DNA of 50,320 nt, filler included, from Catajapyx aquilonaris (GCA_000934665.2; 3 parts of 3 records of this genome joined end to end with filler, not necessarily neighbours in it), one strand, 5' to 3'. Shown: positions 36,770-48,687, numbered from the whole stretch's first letter. Notes: generated by a model not told the origin, from the sequence alone. Numbers and translations: made by a program.

Positions 36770-39700
36770 CTTGGAAAACAGATGTGCTTGAGTGCCACTC
36801 TGGGGATGAGAAGGTGTCAGGGGAAGAACTGGAACCAGTTGGCACGGATGCCACTTGCGTGGTAAATTGCTGTAGATCTGGTGCGACTATAGAAAGAATG
36901 TAATGATCTTTGTAGCAATGCCTGCGCTGGGGTCGGCGGTAAATATTAGTAGAATGTCATGCAAAATCACAAGTCGGTGGTGGTAAAATGGAACATTCCT
37001 AAAAAGTATTAAGAAATATGAATCAAGGTACTGGCACGTTACTTGTCTTGGAATATCTATGTTCGGCTTGAATGCTACACCTCGCCAGCCTAATATTGCA
37101 TGCTTGTAGCATTAAGACCACGCATACTTTGAAACTTTGAGGGTAAGACAATAATTATGTCAACACTTGACTTTAATTACCTGTTGTAGTGGCTTCAAAT
37201 TTCGTCGTACTCGTCCTTCCAGACAAATCGGCGGTGTCAGAAGTGGGTACTTCTCCAGAGGCAGAATTTTCAGTTGGGTTGTTGGGTCCTGTGCTGGTAT
37301 CAAGAGAAGCTTCTTGACCTTCAGCATCGGTTTCGTCGCTGCCTGGAGAATCATGGCTTGGCGCTTCAGTACTGTCTTCAGCGGACGAGCCTGCATCATT
37401 TTCGCCTTCCCTGCTATTGTCGCTTGAAGTTTCATCACCTTTGCCATCGACATTTCCGTCATTTTCTGCACTTGGATTGGCAGGATCACCTATGGATTCT
37501 CCTTCGCCAGCGGTATCACTAGCCGTTTCTCCTGCTGGTTCGCCTTTGGATTCATTTGCTAAATTATCGGAATTATCCTTAGATTCTTCGTGCAAATCAT
37601 TGGCGCTGAAGGGTGCGTTATCTGCAGATGGTTCACTCGCATCACCCTCAGGTTCTCTGTTGTCATTTGTTGTGTCATCATTCGACGCTGTTTCTCCGTC
37701 GCTTTCAGATTTTTCGCCTGCATCAGTCTCAGGCTTTTCCTCTCCACTACTTTCACTTTGAGGTTTTTTCTCTCCTTCCCCATCAGGTTTTGGCTCTCCA
37801 TTGCTTTCCCTTTGAGGTTTCTGCTCTTCACTGCTTTCACCCTGGGGTTTTTGCTCCCCTTCGTCTTCAGGTTTATTCTCTTCGTTGCCTTCATCTTGAG
37901 GTTTTTGCTCACCCTCGCCTTCAGGTTTTTTCTCTTCATTGCTTTCACCTTGAGGTTTCTGCTCACCCTCGCCTTCAGGTTTTTTCTCTTCATTGCTTTC
38001 ACCCTGGGGTTTTTGCTTCCCTTCGTCTTCAGGTTTATTCTCTTCGTTGCCTTCATCTTGAGGTTTTTGCTCACCCTCGCCTTCAGGTTTTTTCTCTTCA
38101 TTGCTTTCACCCTGAGGTTTTTGTTCCCCTTCGCCTGCAGAATTTCCTTCTCCGACACCTTCCGATTTGTCCTGTCCGCCCCCTTCAGAATTTCCTCCTC
38201 CGCCTCCTTCCGATTTGTCCTGTCCGTCCCCTTCCGATTTGTCCTGTCCGCCTCCTTCCGATTTGTTCTGTCCACCCCCTTCAGAATTTCCTTCTCCACC
38301 TCCTTCAGATTTGTCCTGTCCGTCCCCTTCCGATTTGTCCTGTCCACCCCCTTTAGAATTTCCTCCTCCACCTCCTTCAGATTTGTCCTGTCCACCCCCT
38401 TCAGATTTGTCCTGCCCACCCCCTTCAGAATTTCCTCCTCCGCCTCCTTCAGACTTGTCCTGTCCGCCTCCTTCAGATTTGTCCTGTCCACCCCCTTCAG
38501 AATTTCCTTCTCCGCCTCCTTCAGACTTGTCCTGTCCGCCTCCTTCAGAATTTCCTCCTCCGCCTCCTTCAGAATTGTCCTGTCCGCCTCCTTCAGAATT
38601 TCCTTCTCCGCCTCCTTCAGACTTGTCCTGTCCGCCTCCTTCAGACTTGTCCTGTCCGCCTCCTTCAGAATTTCCTTCTCCGCCTCCTTCAGAATTTCCT
38701 CCTCCGCCTCCTTCAGAATTGTCCTGTCCGCCTCCTTCAGATTTGTCCTTTCCGCCTCCTTTAGATTGCTCTTCTTCGTCTTCTCGTTTTACCCTTCCAT
38801 CGACTTCTGACTCTTCTCTAGTGTTTGCAGGTTCTTCTGCACTGGGATAGCCGCCTGACTGTTCTTCATTTCCTTCACCTGCAATATTTCCACATCACAA
38901 TATTCTGTACGTACAGTACAATGCGGATCTCCGCTTATTATTTTGTTTTTGACCTATTGTAGGACTATATAGGGTGATTATTCCAAGGCACAACCCTTGG
39001 CTATAAGGAATCATGAACCCAGACAAAATGCAATAGACGGTAACATTAAACAATGGTTGTTGTACCTCTCGCTTAACCTGGCAGTGACTAAAACGCTGAA
39101 AATCATAATTATGCATCTCGAGACGCATATTAGTCAGTCGCGTACGTCAGTTTGGGGTTTTGAATTTTCCAGAATTTTCTTATTCCAGTGTATAGTTTCT
39201 CAAAAAATACCACCATTTTTCAAAATTTGTAACGAAGAAACAACTACGTATACTATGAAGATTTCCCTATACGGTATATGCAGGGTGTCCCATCTTTTTT
39301 GTCCAAACAGTTATCGGAAAATTGCGCGTAGCTGCTACTTTTTAAGCAGTGACTTGCAACCGGTGATTTGTCGGAATTTGGGGAATGGGGAACATCCCAT
39401 GGCATGTGTGACCCTCTTTTTTCCAGGCTTGGCCCTCAATTTTCAGCGGGCAGCACGTATGCCACTTCAACCTACTATTCGCAGGGAATATTCCCCGTTC
39501 CTCCGAAAAATCACCGTTTGCAAGTCACTGCTTAAAAAGTGGCAGCTACGCGCAATATTCCGATAACTGTTCGGACAAAAAAGATGGGACACCCTGTATA
39601 CTAACAAAAAGCATCGATACCACCTCTGATAAATACCATGGCCATATCATGGATGGATGGAAATCCCTCATTCATCCGAAGAGCCTCTGTATTCTGTCGG

Positions 39701-42700
39701 TATTATTGAGGAATTAGCTGAGAATTCCCTTCCTGTGGCAATTTTTTGTAAGTTACTTGTATTGTAACCCGCGTTCTGTAAAGAAATCCTTAGTCACTAT
39801 ACGAGCCTGTGAATGTAACGACAAGTGTAAAGGACTCATACAAGCACACGTTACTATGATAAGAAGATCAATTCCATTGTGCTAGTTAGCAATTTTTGGG
39901 ACTAAGCTGCTTATTTTACGCAGTTATTTTAGTGTTTGTCAAAAGTATTGTTGGTTGCTCATATTAGGTAAAATTATTATTCTGAGCTGCGAATTGCGAT
40001 GAGTTGCCCATTAGGAATGGGCCCATTGAACAAATGTCACGAAAGTCAATGAGAGAAACTATTTAGTACCCTTGACAGGTCCTTACGCATGCTTTGAAAA
40101 GCATCAGTCCATACAACCTATATATTACAAGTTCAACTTTTGAGTAGTAAGTTAATAATGGATACCCCGTGATAAGCCTCCTTGGACTTTTTAAGGGATC
40201 ATCTTTTTAATTAAACGTCTGTATTCATTGCCTTTTTTGTGATGGATTTTGACAGTGCAGTGGGAGGAAACGGGAGAACCCCGAGAAAACCCACGCGAAC
40301 ACGGAGAGAACCCATTGAAACTCTATCCACATTTAGTATCATCTGTCAGATCCGGGGATCGAACTTGGGACCTTAGAGATGGAAGGCTGGGGCGATATAA
40401 CCACTCCGCCACCGTTTCGCCCTCGCTTTTGAGTAGTAATAAAAGTAACTAAGCAAAATTACTCCTTAAAATAATAATCTTACAAATTACAGCTAGTGCA
40501 AAGACTGCTAACTATGCTGCGAGTATTTTCGCTTGGAAAACGTTCTGTAAATTTTTGTGGTGCGCTCTGGATTCACACAAAAAAAAATACAGGTGCAGTG
40601 AGTCACATCGCTACTCCCAATCATTGGAACATCTTTTCGAGGAGACTACGGATACAGAATGATTGGTACTGTACTGTACTTACTAAATTTTACCAAGTTT
40701 GGGATGAGTATAGTACTTTGGCATGGCTACTTAGAGCAAGGTAAAACAAGAAACCCAAGTCAACTGAACGGCATAATGAGAGTACGTAACCTGCAATAAT
40801 TTCTGTTCAAGTGCTTCATCAAAATTAATCCAATATGTGGCGTCGCGTGCAAAAAGGCGACATATCGACTAGATGCGAATATGTGCTAGGTTCACACTCT
40901 CCACAGACATTAAAACAGGGTTGAACAACGAGTAAATAATTATTATCCTATGCCGCAGTGGTTTTAAAACTGGGGTACGCGAAAGATAATGTGCAATGGC
41001 GTCTAGTCCCTACATTTGTGGGAACCATCAACCAGAAGGAACCAACTTCAGACCAAAAAAAAAAAAAAAAATGCCCTACTTTTTCCTATCGTTCTTTTTG
41101 CTATTATTACAGTTGAATCAGGATATATTCTAACAGACTTCAAGGGACCGTCGAGGAAATTAGTCTGTTATAACCAAAAGTCTGTAACAGCCGAAGCTGT
41201 TATATCCGGATTCAATACCGAACCAGGTTGGTGTGGTGATTAAGGAGCCCGACTGCTAATCGAGAGGTCCTGGGTTCGAACCCCGGGACCGGTGACCCTG
41301 ACCGTGGTTTTATGTGGTTTATCACGGTCCCCCCCCNNNCCCCCCCCCCCCAGGACAATTCCGGGGGCTCTTCCGTATAATATGCCACAGCCGCTTCCTT
41401 CCTTTCCTATCCTTGGCCCCATCCAATGGTGGTACTCCACCCCCCTAATGGAGCGCCGATTCTCCCAATGGGGTATAAATAAATACAAAGAAAGAAAAAT
41501 ATCCGTATTCAATTGTATTATTTTAGAGAAGATTTATTATACTGTACAATTTATTATGCACATTGCAGAGGCATTATCTGACTGATGCCATTTTCATTCA
41601 GCACACAAATTGAAACTCAATACAGGAGTTAAGTCATTTTCCTAACATCTGGTTCAATTCTATCACTGTGCTTTGCAACGTTGTGAAGGATTTGAAAATA
41701 ACCTCTGGCTGCACAGGCTGATCTATCTGGTATTAAAAATTTAGAGTTTCAACGAATGGAACGGAGGGCTTCAAGACATTACCGCCAATACAGCATTTCA
41801 TGTGCAAAACACGGAATTATCAAAAGGAATTGCGAAGGAATATATTATCAAAAATTCCAGTTTTGGGAATGTTGAGTAGGCTACAAGGTATAGCAAATTT
41901 TCTTGCTTTCCAACGCTCCAAGAATTTCAAAGCGGCAGTGGAAGCCCAGTTGGTCAACATATTGGATGACAAGAATCAACTGGCGAAATAGTTTATAAAT
42001 ATTAGTTTTCAGAGATGGACATGCCAATCATTTGAATGAGGACTTCGAGATTATTTTCTTTTACCCCTCCCGAACCTGTCAGAGCAGAATCCGGAAAAGA
42101 TCAGCAAAATTTCTACGAATGGAAGTTTGATATTTGAAATAACCCTTCTGAACTTTGGGCAGAAAAAATGGAAGCCTATCCGGGCCTGGCAACCAGTAAT
42201 CCCATTTACTAACTGCCTAATTATGTGAAGCTTACAGTATTTTTGCGTTGACGTCCATGAAAACAAAATACCGTCATCGACTATATTATGTTGAGAAAGA
42301 CCTCAGGCTTAAATTGACGCCATTTGTGAAAGAAAACAAGCACACCCATCGCACTAACTGATAAGACAGTACCCACAATAATTGTATTACAATTTTCAGG
42401 TAGCCTAACAGGTCGGAGTGGGAAGGGGGTGTACTGTACAAACTGTATTGACAGATTTGAAAAGGGATACGCGACAAAAAAAAAAGAAGTTTGGGAACCA
42501 CTGTCATATGCTACAATCACAGTAATTATAAGGACTCTGCTTGAAATATAAGGACTCTGCTTCGGATCAAAGTGGAAAATTTAAAAGGTAATGGATGCTG
42601 TGAATGACTTACAGCACTTCCCGATTCCATGGCAGTACAATCGGCAAGAATTATATATATTAAGGCTTGTTCAAAAATAAAGGCGGAGAGTAGCTTGAAA

Positions 42701-43460
42701 GCAAGTGACGTATTTAGGTTTTTGCCGCCCCTCTATAGGGGCGGCAAAAACCTAAATACGTCACTTGCTTTCAAGCCTTATAGCCTTATCTGCCCCTTAT
42801 GCAAGGTTATTTTCCTTACTTTTTAACAAGAATTACCACCGAAGCAGGTTGGCATAGTGGATAAGGCGTCCAACTGCTAATCGGGAGGTCCTGGGTTCGA
42901 ATCCCGGGGCCGGCAACTCTGACCGTGGTTTTCTGTGGTTTCCCACGGTCCTTCCAGGAAAATTCCGGAGTTACTTCCGTAATTAATAGGCCACAGCCGC
43001 TTCCTTCCGTCCCTATCCTATCCCAAAAAGCGCAGTAAAATGAAAGCAAAGAGTTCCAGGCAAAACAAAAACTTCCCCCCTAAAGAGCCGATAGGCTGAT
43101 AACGAGGTATGAATTATTATTATAACAAGAATTACCAAGTTATTTTTGCCAATATTTGTAACAAAAAGCGGCTCTACGAACAGTAAACATTGTAGTACAT
43201 GTCATATGGGAGTCACGCAACGCTTGTGTTGCTTGTATTGCATAAGAGTGAGAGGTGTACTGTACATTACCTCCAGCAGACTCAAGGGCTACCAGCAATC
43301 CATTGCAGGTCAACAACTTCCAACAAGCCAGGTACACTGTAACAGCAAATATTCATATGCACAAAGAATATTTTAAAGACACATTGACCAAGTGAAATCA
43401 TAACTAACCAGTACACAACAGAACTGTTTTCCCCACGCCCATATTCAATCGAGCAGTCAT
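36770..43460 (-). CDS. Putative secreted acidic Gly/Glu/Lys/Gln tandem-repeat protein, at least 644 aa; 3' end unresolved
   Basis: Phase-1 exons 43460-43409 and 43336-43271 encode the signal-like MTARLNMGVGKTVLLCTVYLACWKLLTCNG. Exon 38878-37181 is 1698 nt and open; exon 36886-36770 follows. All are GT-AG. Linking the two 5' exons to the large exon is inferred. Confidence 0.75.
37795..38134 (-). repeat. Coding 54-nt repeat (KPEGEGEQKPQGESNEEK-like) with 162-nt higher-order duplication
   Basis: The block at 37861 recurs at 38023 (offset 162 nt). Confidence 0.9.
38135..38770 (-). repeat. Coding 24-nt repeat, about 26 units (SEGGGQDK / SEGGGGGN / SEGGGEGN)
   Basis: Plus-strand unit TCCGCCTCCTTCAGA(C/T)TTGTCCTG and variants. 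Confidence 0.95.
39281..39596. mobile_element. Tc1/mariner MITE (intronic)
   Basis: CAGGGTGTCCCATCTTTTTTGTCC ... GGACAAAAAAGATGGGACACCCTG-TA; ~90-bp arms. Confidence 0.9.
40151..40425 (-). mobile_element. SINE family D
   Basis: B box AGTTCGATCC; 14-bp TSD CTTTTGAGTAGTAA at 40137-40150 and 40426-40439. Confidence 0.9.
41110..41515. mobile_element. Small pogo/Tigger-like MITE with its right TIR split by a SINE
   Basis: TA-CAGTTGAATCAGGATATA ... TATATCCGGATTCAAT[SINE]..TG-TA. Confidence 0.65.
41217..41498 (+). mobile_element. SINE family A variant
   Basis: ACCGAACCAGG head, GGTTCGAACC B box; TSD ATATCCG(G/T)ATTCAAT at 41202-41216 and 41499-41513. Confidence 0.88.
42664..42777. repeat. Perfect hairpin (40-bp arms, 4-nt loop) inside a tiny GGC...GCC element, Harbinger-like
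   Basis: Arms 42693-42732 and 42737-42776; outer TAA-GGCTTG ... CAAGCC-TTA. Confidence 0.8.
42838..43122 (+). mobile_element. SINE family A, full length
   Basis: A box TGGCATAGTGG, B box GGTTCGAATCC; 14-bp TSD TAACAAGAATTACC at 42824-42837 and 43123-43136. Confidence 0.93.
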
Positions 43461-44211
43461 GAACAATAGTGGACCTATATAGTCTTACGACACTATTCAT
43501 ATAATACCCTTTATTGCTCTTTCTGACACTTCGTACATGTATCATCCTGAGCAATCCTTTATTTCTTGGAAGGAGAAACACGTTGCTAACAACGTATTAT
43601 GATTAATGTTCCACAATGTGCGTCTCGTCTATTTAGCATTGTCTATTTTGGCTGCCACGTTACGAGTAATAAACAGGCGCCTCCGTACAGTACATGACGT
43701 CAAAGACAGTCACCTCAGCAGTCGGTGTCAATCGCGTGATCGCACCCCATCGTCTTAAATATGCATGAGAATCAAGACAGCACGCTCAAGATGCAAAAAG
43801 ACGATAATGTGCGAATATTCGAAACTCAAGGTCCAGTTGGAAGTCACGTCAACCCCCCCCCCCNNNNNNNNNNNNNNNNNNNNNNNNNNNNNNNCCCCAA
43901 AATATTATTGCAACGCCATTCAGCCTCAAACATGGTCCTTCCAAAGTTTTTTCTTCCCCCCAAAAATGTGCACTTAAGTAAGGCGGAACCGGAAGCCTTT
44001 TGACTTTCGCCGCATCTCAATTTGTAACACCCACAGTCCAAACATTTTCGACCCCCTTGAATAGCATGAATAGAATGTTCCTCACTGGACCCCCATTCTT
44101 CGGATCGAAGCTGCCAACCCTTGGTACCACCGAGCGACGGGTGCAATCATCCACCACGGCAGGGGAGAAGAAAAAAACCCCTTCCCAATAACCACTATTG
44201 CCGGCAGTCTG

Positions 44212-46018
44212 ATGGAGAATAACCTGACAGAAGGTGAGTCCAAAAACTCATTTTTGGCCGACCGTGACCGGCACAGAACCAGGAACTAACAAAAGAGAGA
44301 GAAAAAAATAAGTTCCTCCTAGAAAAAAAAAAAAAAAGTGACAACAGACGTAACAGTCCACATTTCGCTGTTGGTCCGTCGTACTTTTGGTATACCTTTT
44401 TTTGAAAGCACGGAAAGAATTCGTCAATCAATTGTAGGTCACGGAAGCGGCGATTAACCAAATTACCCTTCCGGGAACTTTTAAATTAGACCGCCAGTAG
44501 CTGCTTCATGATGGAGCAGCGTGCCAATTAATTATTCATGGCTTGACAAATTGCTGCTGATCACCTGCGGCCACTTTACGGCTTTCGGGTTTTGTTTAAA
44601 AAATAGAAGCGACTCGTGCACATCGTTCATTCGTTGGTAACGACGTCCCAGGGTGAGGTCGTCGGTCCACATCCAGATTTATCTTCAGTGAAATATGTTT
44701 TACGCTGTTAGGAGGTTGGTGCTTTTGTACTGATTGACACACAGGTAGTGACTGGTGGGATCACATCGGGTAGGTCCGTTTTGACCTTGATGGGAGGTAG
44801 GCACGGGAAGGCCAACCAGGCTGTGATGCTGCACAATCTTACCAGTGTGTCAATCTGGGTTTGTTTGATTGGATGTTGAGTGACTTTATTTTCGTAGGAC
44901 GCCTAATGGTGTGAAGTATGAGTTGGGTCATGCCTACTGGTCCCCTATGAGATACCTACTCAATCCGGAAGAGAGGAGGAAGTATTTGGAGCAGCAGTTT
45001 GATGCATGCTTCATGCCTGGGTATGTGATGCAAGTGGTGGGTACAGTACAAGTTATTATACTTATTGACTTTTTAGATACACTGGGTACTGCCCAGGACT
45101 ACGGTTTCGTTATGGGCGGACCTATGGAAAAGAAACACGTGAGCTGATTAAGGTAATAATAGTCAGAATTATGTAATCACAGGTGTATTACACAAGTTTA
45201 ATATTACAGAAGCGAATTGTCCAGGAAGTGCCTGAGCTGGAGTCAACCCAGCATCACCAAAGCGATGCAAGTAATTTGATGCAACATGACACAGATGTTC
45301 ATGCTTTTGGGCATGATTGTGGCATATGCACCTGTGGCCCTGCAAGTGCCAACTTCATTTTAGGTTACACAGGTACTATGTCGCAACATTTGAAACAAAC
45401 TGGCTGTGATAGTGAAATAAATAACTTGATAATATGTAGGTTACATCCCTGGGATGCCCTTCAGTTATGGCCATCGATATGCTCAAGCAGCCAAAAACTG
45501 CCTGGATAAATTCCACTACGAAGCTGCTACAAGGCATGACCCACTCCGTTCAAAAAGTGCCCCGCCACCTGGCACATCACGCTCAAAGGTAGATGTGTCT
45601 AGAGCTTTGCATCAGGAAACACACAGGATAACAGGAAGGCATCAAGGTCAAGTTAATGCTCTTTATTACACCCTGTAGTACAGTACCTAATAATACAAAT
45701 GGAACATGATATTATTTGACTTTGTCACCAAAGTTACAATAATTTCAGTAACATCCTTCAATGGTAGTTAATTACAAAATAAACCTGTTGTTTGTAACTT
45801 GGGATTATCCTGCAGGTATCAAGCAAGTGAATTCAGATCATCCCCCTATTAGTGGCTACACCGGCCACATTCCTTTCTTGTGCAACACAACAACTGGCAT
45901 GCACGGATACTCCCATTCTGTGCGTAAGAGCCTTCAGGACATGAGGCAGCTACAGGAAGACAGGCGTCGCTACTTATCAGAACCCATGGACCCGCACAAG
46001 TTTATTTCTTGTCATTAA
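44212..46018 (+). CDS. FAM166/CIMIP2-like ciliary microtubule inner protein, ~272 aa
   Basis: Exons 44212-44233, 44745-44769, 44898-45020, 45077-45152, 45210-45372, 45440-45646 and 45816-46018 join in frame (819 nt). Three repeats: PGYTGYCP..RFRYGRTYG, LGYTGYIPG..FSYGHRY, SGYTGHIP. The first two exons are less certain. Confidence 0.85.
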
Positions 46019-46087
46019 GTTTCGCAGTGTATTTTATGCATGTTGTTGTGGTTGAAAGATATTAAATCATCTGATATTTATAGTGCA

Positions 46088-47851
46088 CTAAACATGAAAA
46101 CGACTAACATCACGTGATTGGAATGGCTTTGAACACAAGTGACACTCCTTATCACAACTAGTAAGGCATTGACGACAAACTACATGCACACAAGGCAGCA
46201 GGTACAAGTTTTCTTTGGCAGTACACTTTCCACAGTTTTGACTGTCTGATGAGTTCTTGGGTGAATCCAGTCCCTGCACATAATTGTTTACCACTGAATC
46301 CAAATTGCCACTATATTCACCAAATGTTCCCGCTCGCTTTGACTGACTAGTGATTGTTGCCTCTGCCTTGCGTTTCTCAGGCTTTCTCCCCAGAGTTCTT
46401 CCAACAGATTTAACCTCTGGAGCATTTGCGTGACGCATCACCCAAGTATCAATCCTCTCTTTTAGTGCAACTGCTGGAACTACACGGTGAGTGTCAGACA
46501 ACATTCTGCCTGTGAATGGATCACAGGGTTTCCTTCCCCAATTAGCTTCAGTGTTACTTAGGCGATCTAAAGTAGTCATATCTACTGTTTTACCAGAGGG
46601 TAGGATCATAGGAATAGTCATCAGTTCACAAGTGATGGCATCTGTAAATTCCTCTGGTACTTCTAATTCATCCCGCTTAGTAAATGCTGATGAGAGTTGC
46701 ATTGCATTCCAAATCAATTCCTGACATAATTTAGCAGACTGCAGGTGAGGCTTGGACAGATTTGCAAGAGCTGCTATAAGGCCACCAAGGCACTGCCTTG
46801 CATGACTCACACAATCATTAAGCTTATCACAAAGTTCACACACTGTCTGTGAGGTCTTACCTTGCAATGGCTGGCCATTAGCAAGTCCAGCTCTTATTTG
46901 TAGTGACACTCTAACTGTAGCAAACAGCAAGCTGCACAAGCTGGCCATTGGTTTATGAAAACGTTGTAATTCTTGGTCAACTTGTGACAAAAGTTCAGGA
47001 ATTGGTGACAAACATTCGAGCAAACTAGCTAGTGAATCTGGAAATTTCAGCAAAATTGCAGAGCACTTTGAAACCTCTTCCTTTTTTGCACAGTCCACTA
47101 GTTGTCTAAAAGTTTTGGGAAGTAGAACCAACATTTGACACGCTTGATTTAGAAGCTGGCCCAAATTATGCATATGTTTTGTTTTTGATAACTCTGCTTC
47201 CAATTGTTCCAGTAAACTTTGCATTACCTGCAGAGATGAACTTAACTGTGACAGCATCTTTTCTACCTCTGAAAACTTAACACAAAGAGTGTTGGACAGC
47301 TTGGGCAATTCTAACTTTCGCTCAGTGACCCCTAACCATCTCCTGCTACATTCTTGCTGAAACTCGTTAAAAGGTCGCCCCCAAACTTCAATGCACCTTA
47401 CTGCTGGGACTCCTCGAGACCTCAATATTCTTACAAGAATAGTATCACTACACCGTCTCTTGAGCGTGAATGTGGCAAACCCTTCTGGCACCTTTTTTGC
47501 TGGTTCAGAATTCAGCCTTTGGAAGCACACCCCACATTCATCATTAATAAATCCTTTCCCAAGAACCAGTCCTGGGACCATTACTTCAAATCCAATCGAT
47601 TTTTGCGACCCAACCTGTGGATGTATCAAAACACAGTGTATCTCTGAAGCACAGAATAACTTGATGGAGATGCAAACTGGCGGGGTCACAAATGAAGAAG
47701 CCAAAAATCCTTTAGCAATCTTGCATGGGCTGGATGAAACAAGATTGGTGATCTCATGGCCATCTGAGCTTACTTTGTCGCAGGTCACAACCGGGTCAAA
47801 AGCCGGGTGGCACATATTAAAGGTCATCATGATAGAACTTGCATGCGTCAT
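46088..47851 (-). CDS. UBOX5: U-box + RING E3 ligase UBOX5/RNF37, single coding exon, ~587 aa
   Basis: N-domain NMCHP..CDKVSSDGHEITNLVS..GFLA..FVTPPV; U-box VPEEFTDAITCELMTIPMILPSGK..WGRKPCDPFTG; C-terminal RING. First ATG after the splice acceptor at ~47883. Confidence 0.92.
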   Translation of the reverse strand: MTHASSIMMTFNMCHPAFDPVVTCDKVSSDGHEITNLVSSSPCKIAKGFLASSFVTPPVCISIKLFCASEIHCVLIHPQVGSQKSIGFEVMVPGLVLGKGFINDECGVCFQRLNSEPAKKVPEGFATFTLKRRCSDTILVRILRSRGVPAVRCIEVWGRPFNEFQQECSRRWLGVTERKLELPKLSNTLCVKFSEVEKMLSQLSSSLQVMQSLLEQLEAELSKTKHMHNLGQLLNQACQMLVLLPKTFRQLVDCAKKEEVSKCSAILLKFPDSLASLLECLSPIPELLSQVDQELQRFHKPMASLCSLLFATVRVSLQIRAGLANGQPLQGKTSQTVCELCDKLNDCVSHARQCLGGLIAALANLSKPHLQSAKLCQELIWNAMQLSSAFTKRDELEVPEEFTDAITCELMTIPMILPSGKTVDMTTLDRLSNTEANWGRKPCDPFTGRMLSDTHRVVPAVALKERIDTWVMRHANAPEVKSVGRTLGRKPEKRKAEATITSQSKRAGTFGEYSGNLDSVVNNYVQGLDSPKNSSDSQNCGKCTAKENLYLLPCVHVVCRQCLTSCDKECHLCSKPFQSRDVSRFHV

Positions 47852-48399
47852 CCGGTCCAGGTCCAGATCAATATGCTTGTACCTGAAAATATACACACTT
47901 TATTAATACGAATTATTAAAAATGTAGTGCACTATGTTGAACTCTTCAGGCTGTAGTTAATGTCTCCACATACAGGCAAAACCTTTTGATCATTACCAGT
48001 ACTACTTGAACAGTCTCACAGTGTCACATGAAATGTACTCAGAAGCAGCACAATTAATTCCTGGTACTTGCAATTAGCAAGAAGAAAGACATGACTGGCC
48101 CCACTGATTGATGAACTTGATCGATTTAACCCATGCACATAACAGCAATGCAGAGCTGCACGGTATATGTGACGCTGACTTTAAGTTGAAGTACTGACCC
48201 AGGTACTACCTTACGCAAAGTAATCAATCGGCAAAGTCGTGGAGCAACCAGCTGCATTCGCAATTTGAAGGAGTGAAAGGAACAAATTCTCTCATGTAGA
48301 ACGCCATGTTTGGAAATAAGACTCCTTCGGTCGCCGTAGGGAGCTCTGTACGCCACTTGCCACAATTAATTGTTAGCAGAATGCGTAAAATTTAGGATC

Positions 48400-48687
48400 T
48401 AAATCAATACAGTCACGCCTTAATGAATTAATAACAACACACGCGTATTAAAATACGTGCCTGGTAATTGCGATTTGCATAAAAACGTGTCAGATGACGT
48501 CAGAGTGGTGATTCGGATGCAGCCGTGGCAGACTGACGTCACAAAACATGTCCGCCTCCTAATCACAAAGATATTTCGGGACCAAAAAAGGTGTAACCAC
48601 CTTCTGTTGTGCTTGGTGCGAGTGTTTCTTTCGATTGGGAGGGCAGAGGGGGTGCGCACTGCGCCGTGCCTGCCTCCCGTCCCGAAG
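48400..48687. promoter_or_regulatory. Candidate bidirectional promoter for UBOX5 and PLPP
   Basis: CpG-rich interval between divergent genes; two perfect CRE palindromes TGACGTCA at 48495-48502 and 48534-48541; candidate UBOX5 5'UTR donor at ~48214. Confidence 0.5.

Larger units (their letters stand above)
40956..42503. mobile_element. Decayed hAT (Charlie-like) element hosting nested inserts
   Basis: Ends CAGTGGTTTTAAAACT...GGGTACGCG and GGGATACGCG...TTTGGGAACCACTG; TSD-like TCCTATGC / TCATATGC. Confidence 0.55.

Noticed and set aside
38135..38770. CRISPR-like regular repeats
   Set aside because: Contiguous tandem units without unique spacers, inside a eukaryotic exon; no cas genes.
37559..38850. 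Long alternative-frame ORFs (SCPPPSDL-, FRFVLSAS- and DRTNLKE-repeat proteins)
   Set aside because: By-products of a stop-free 24/54-nt repeat; only the EGGG frame is bounded by phase-compatible splice sites.
42838..42915. tRNA genes at SINE heads
   Set aside because: A/B boxes run into shared SINE bodies with tails and TSDs; no convincing acceptor stem or terminator.
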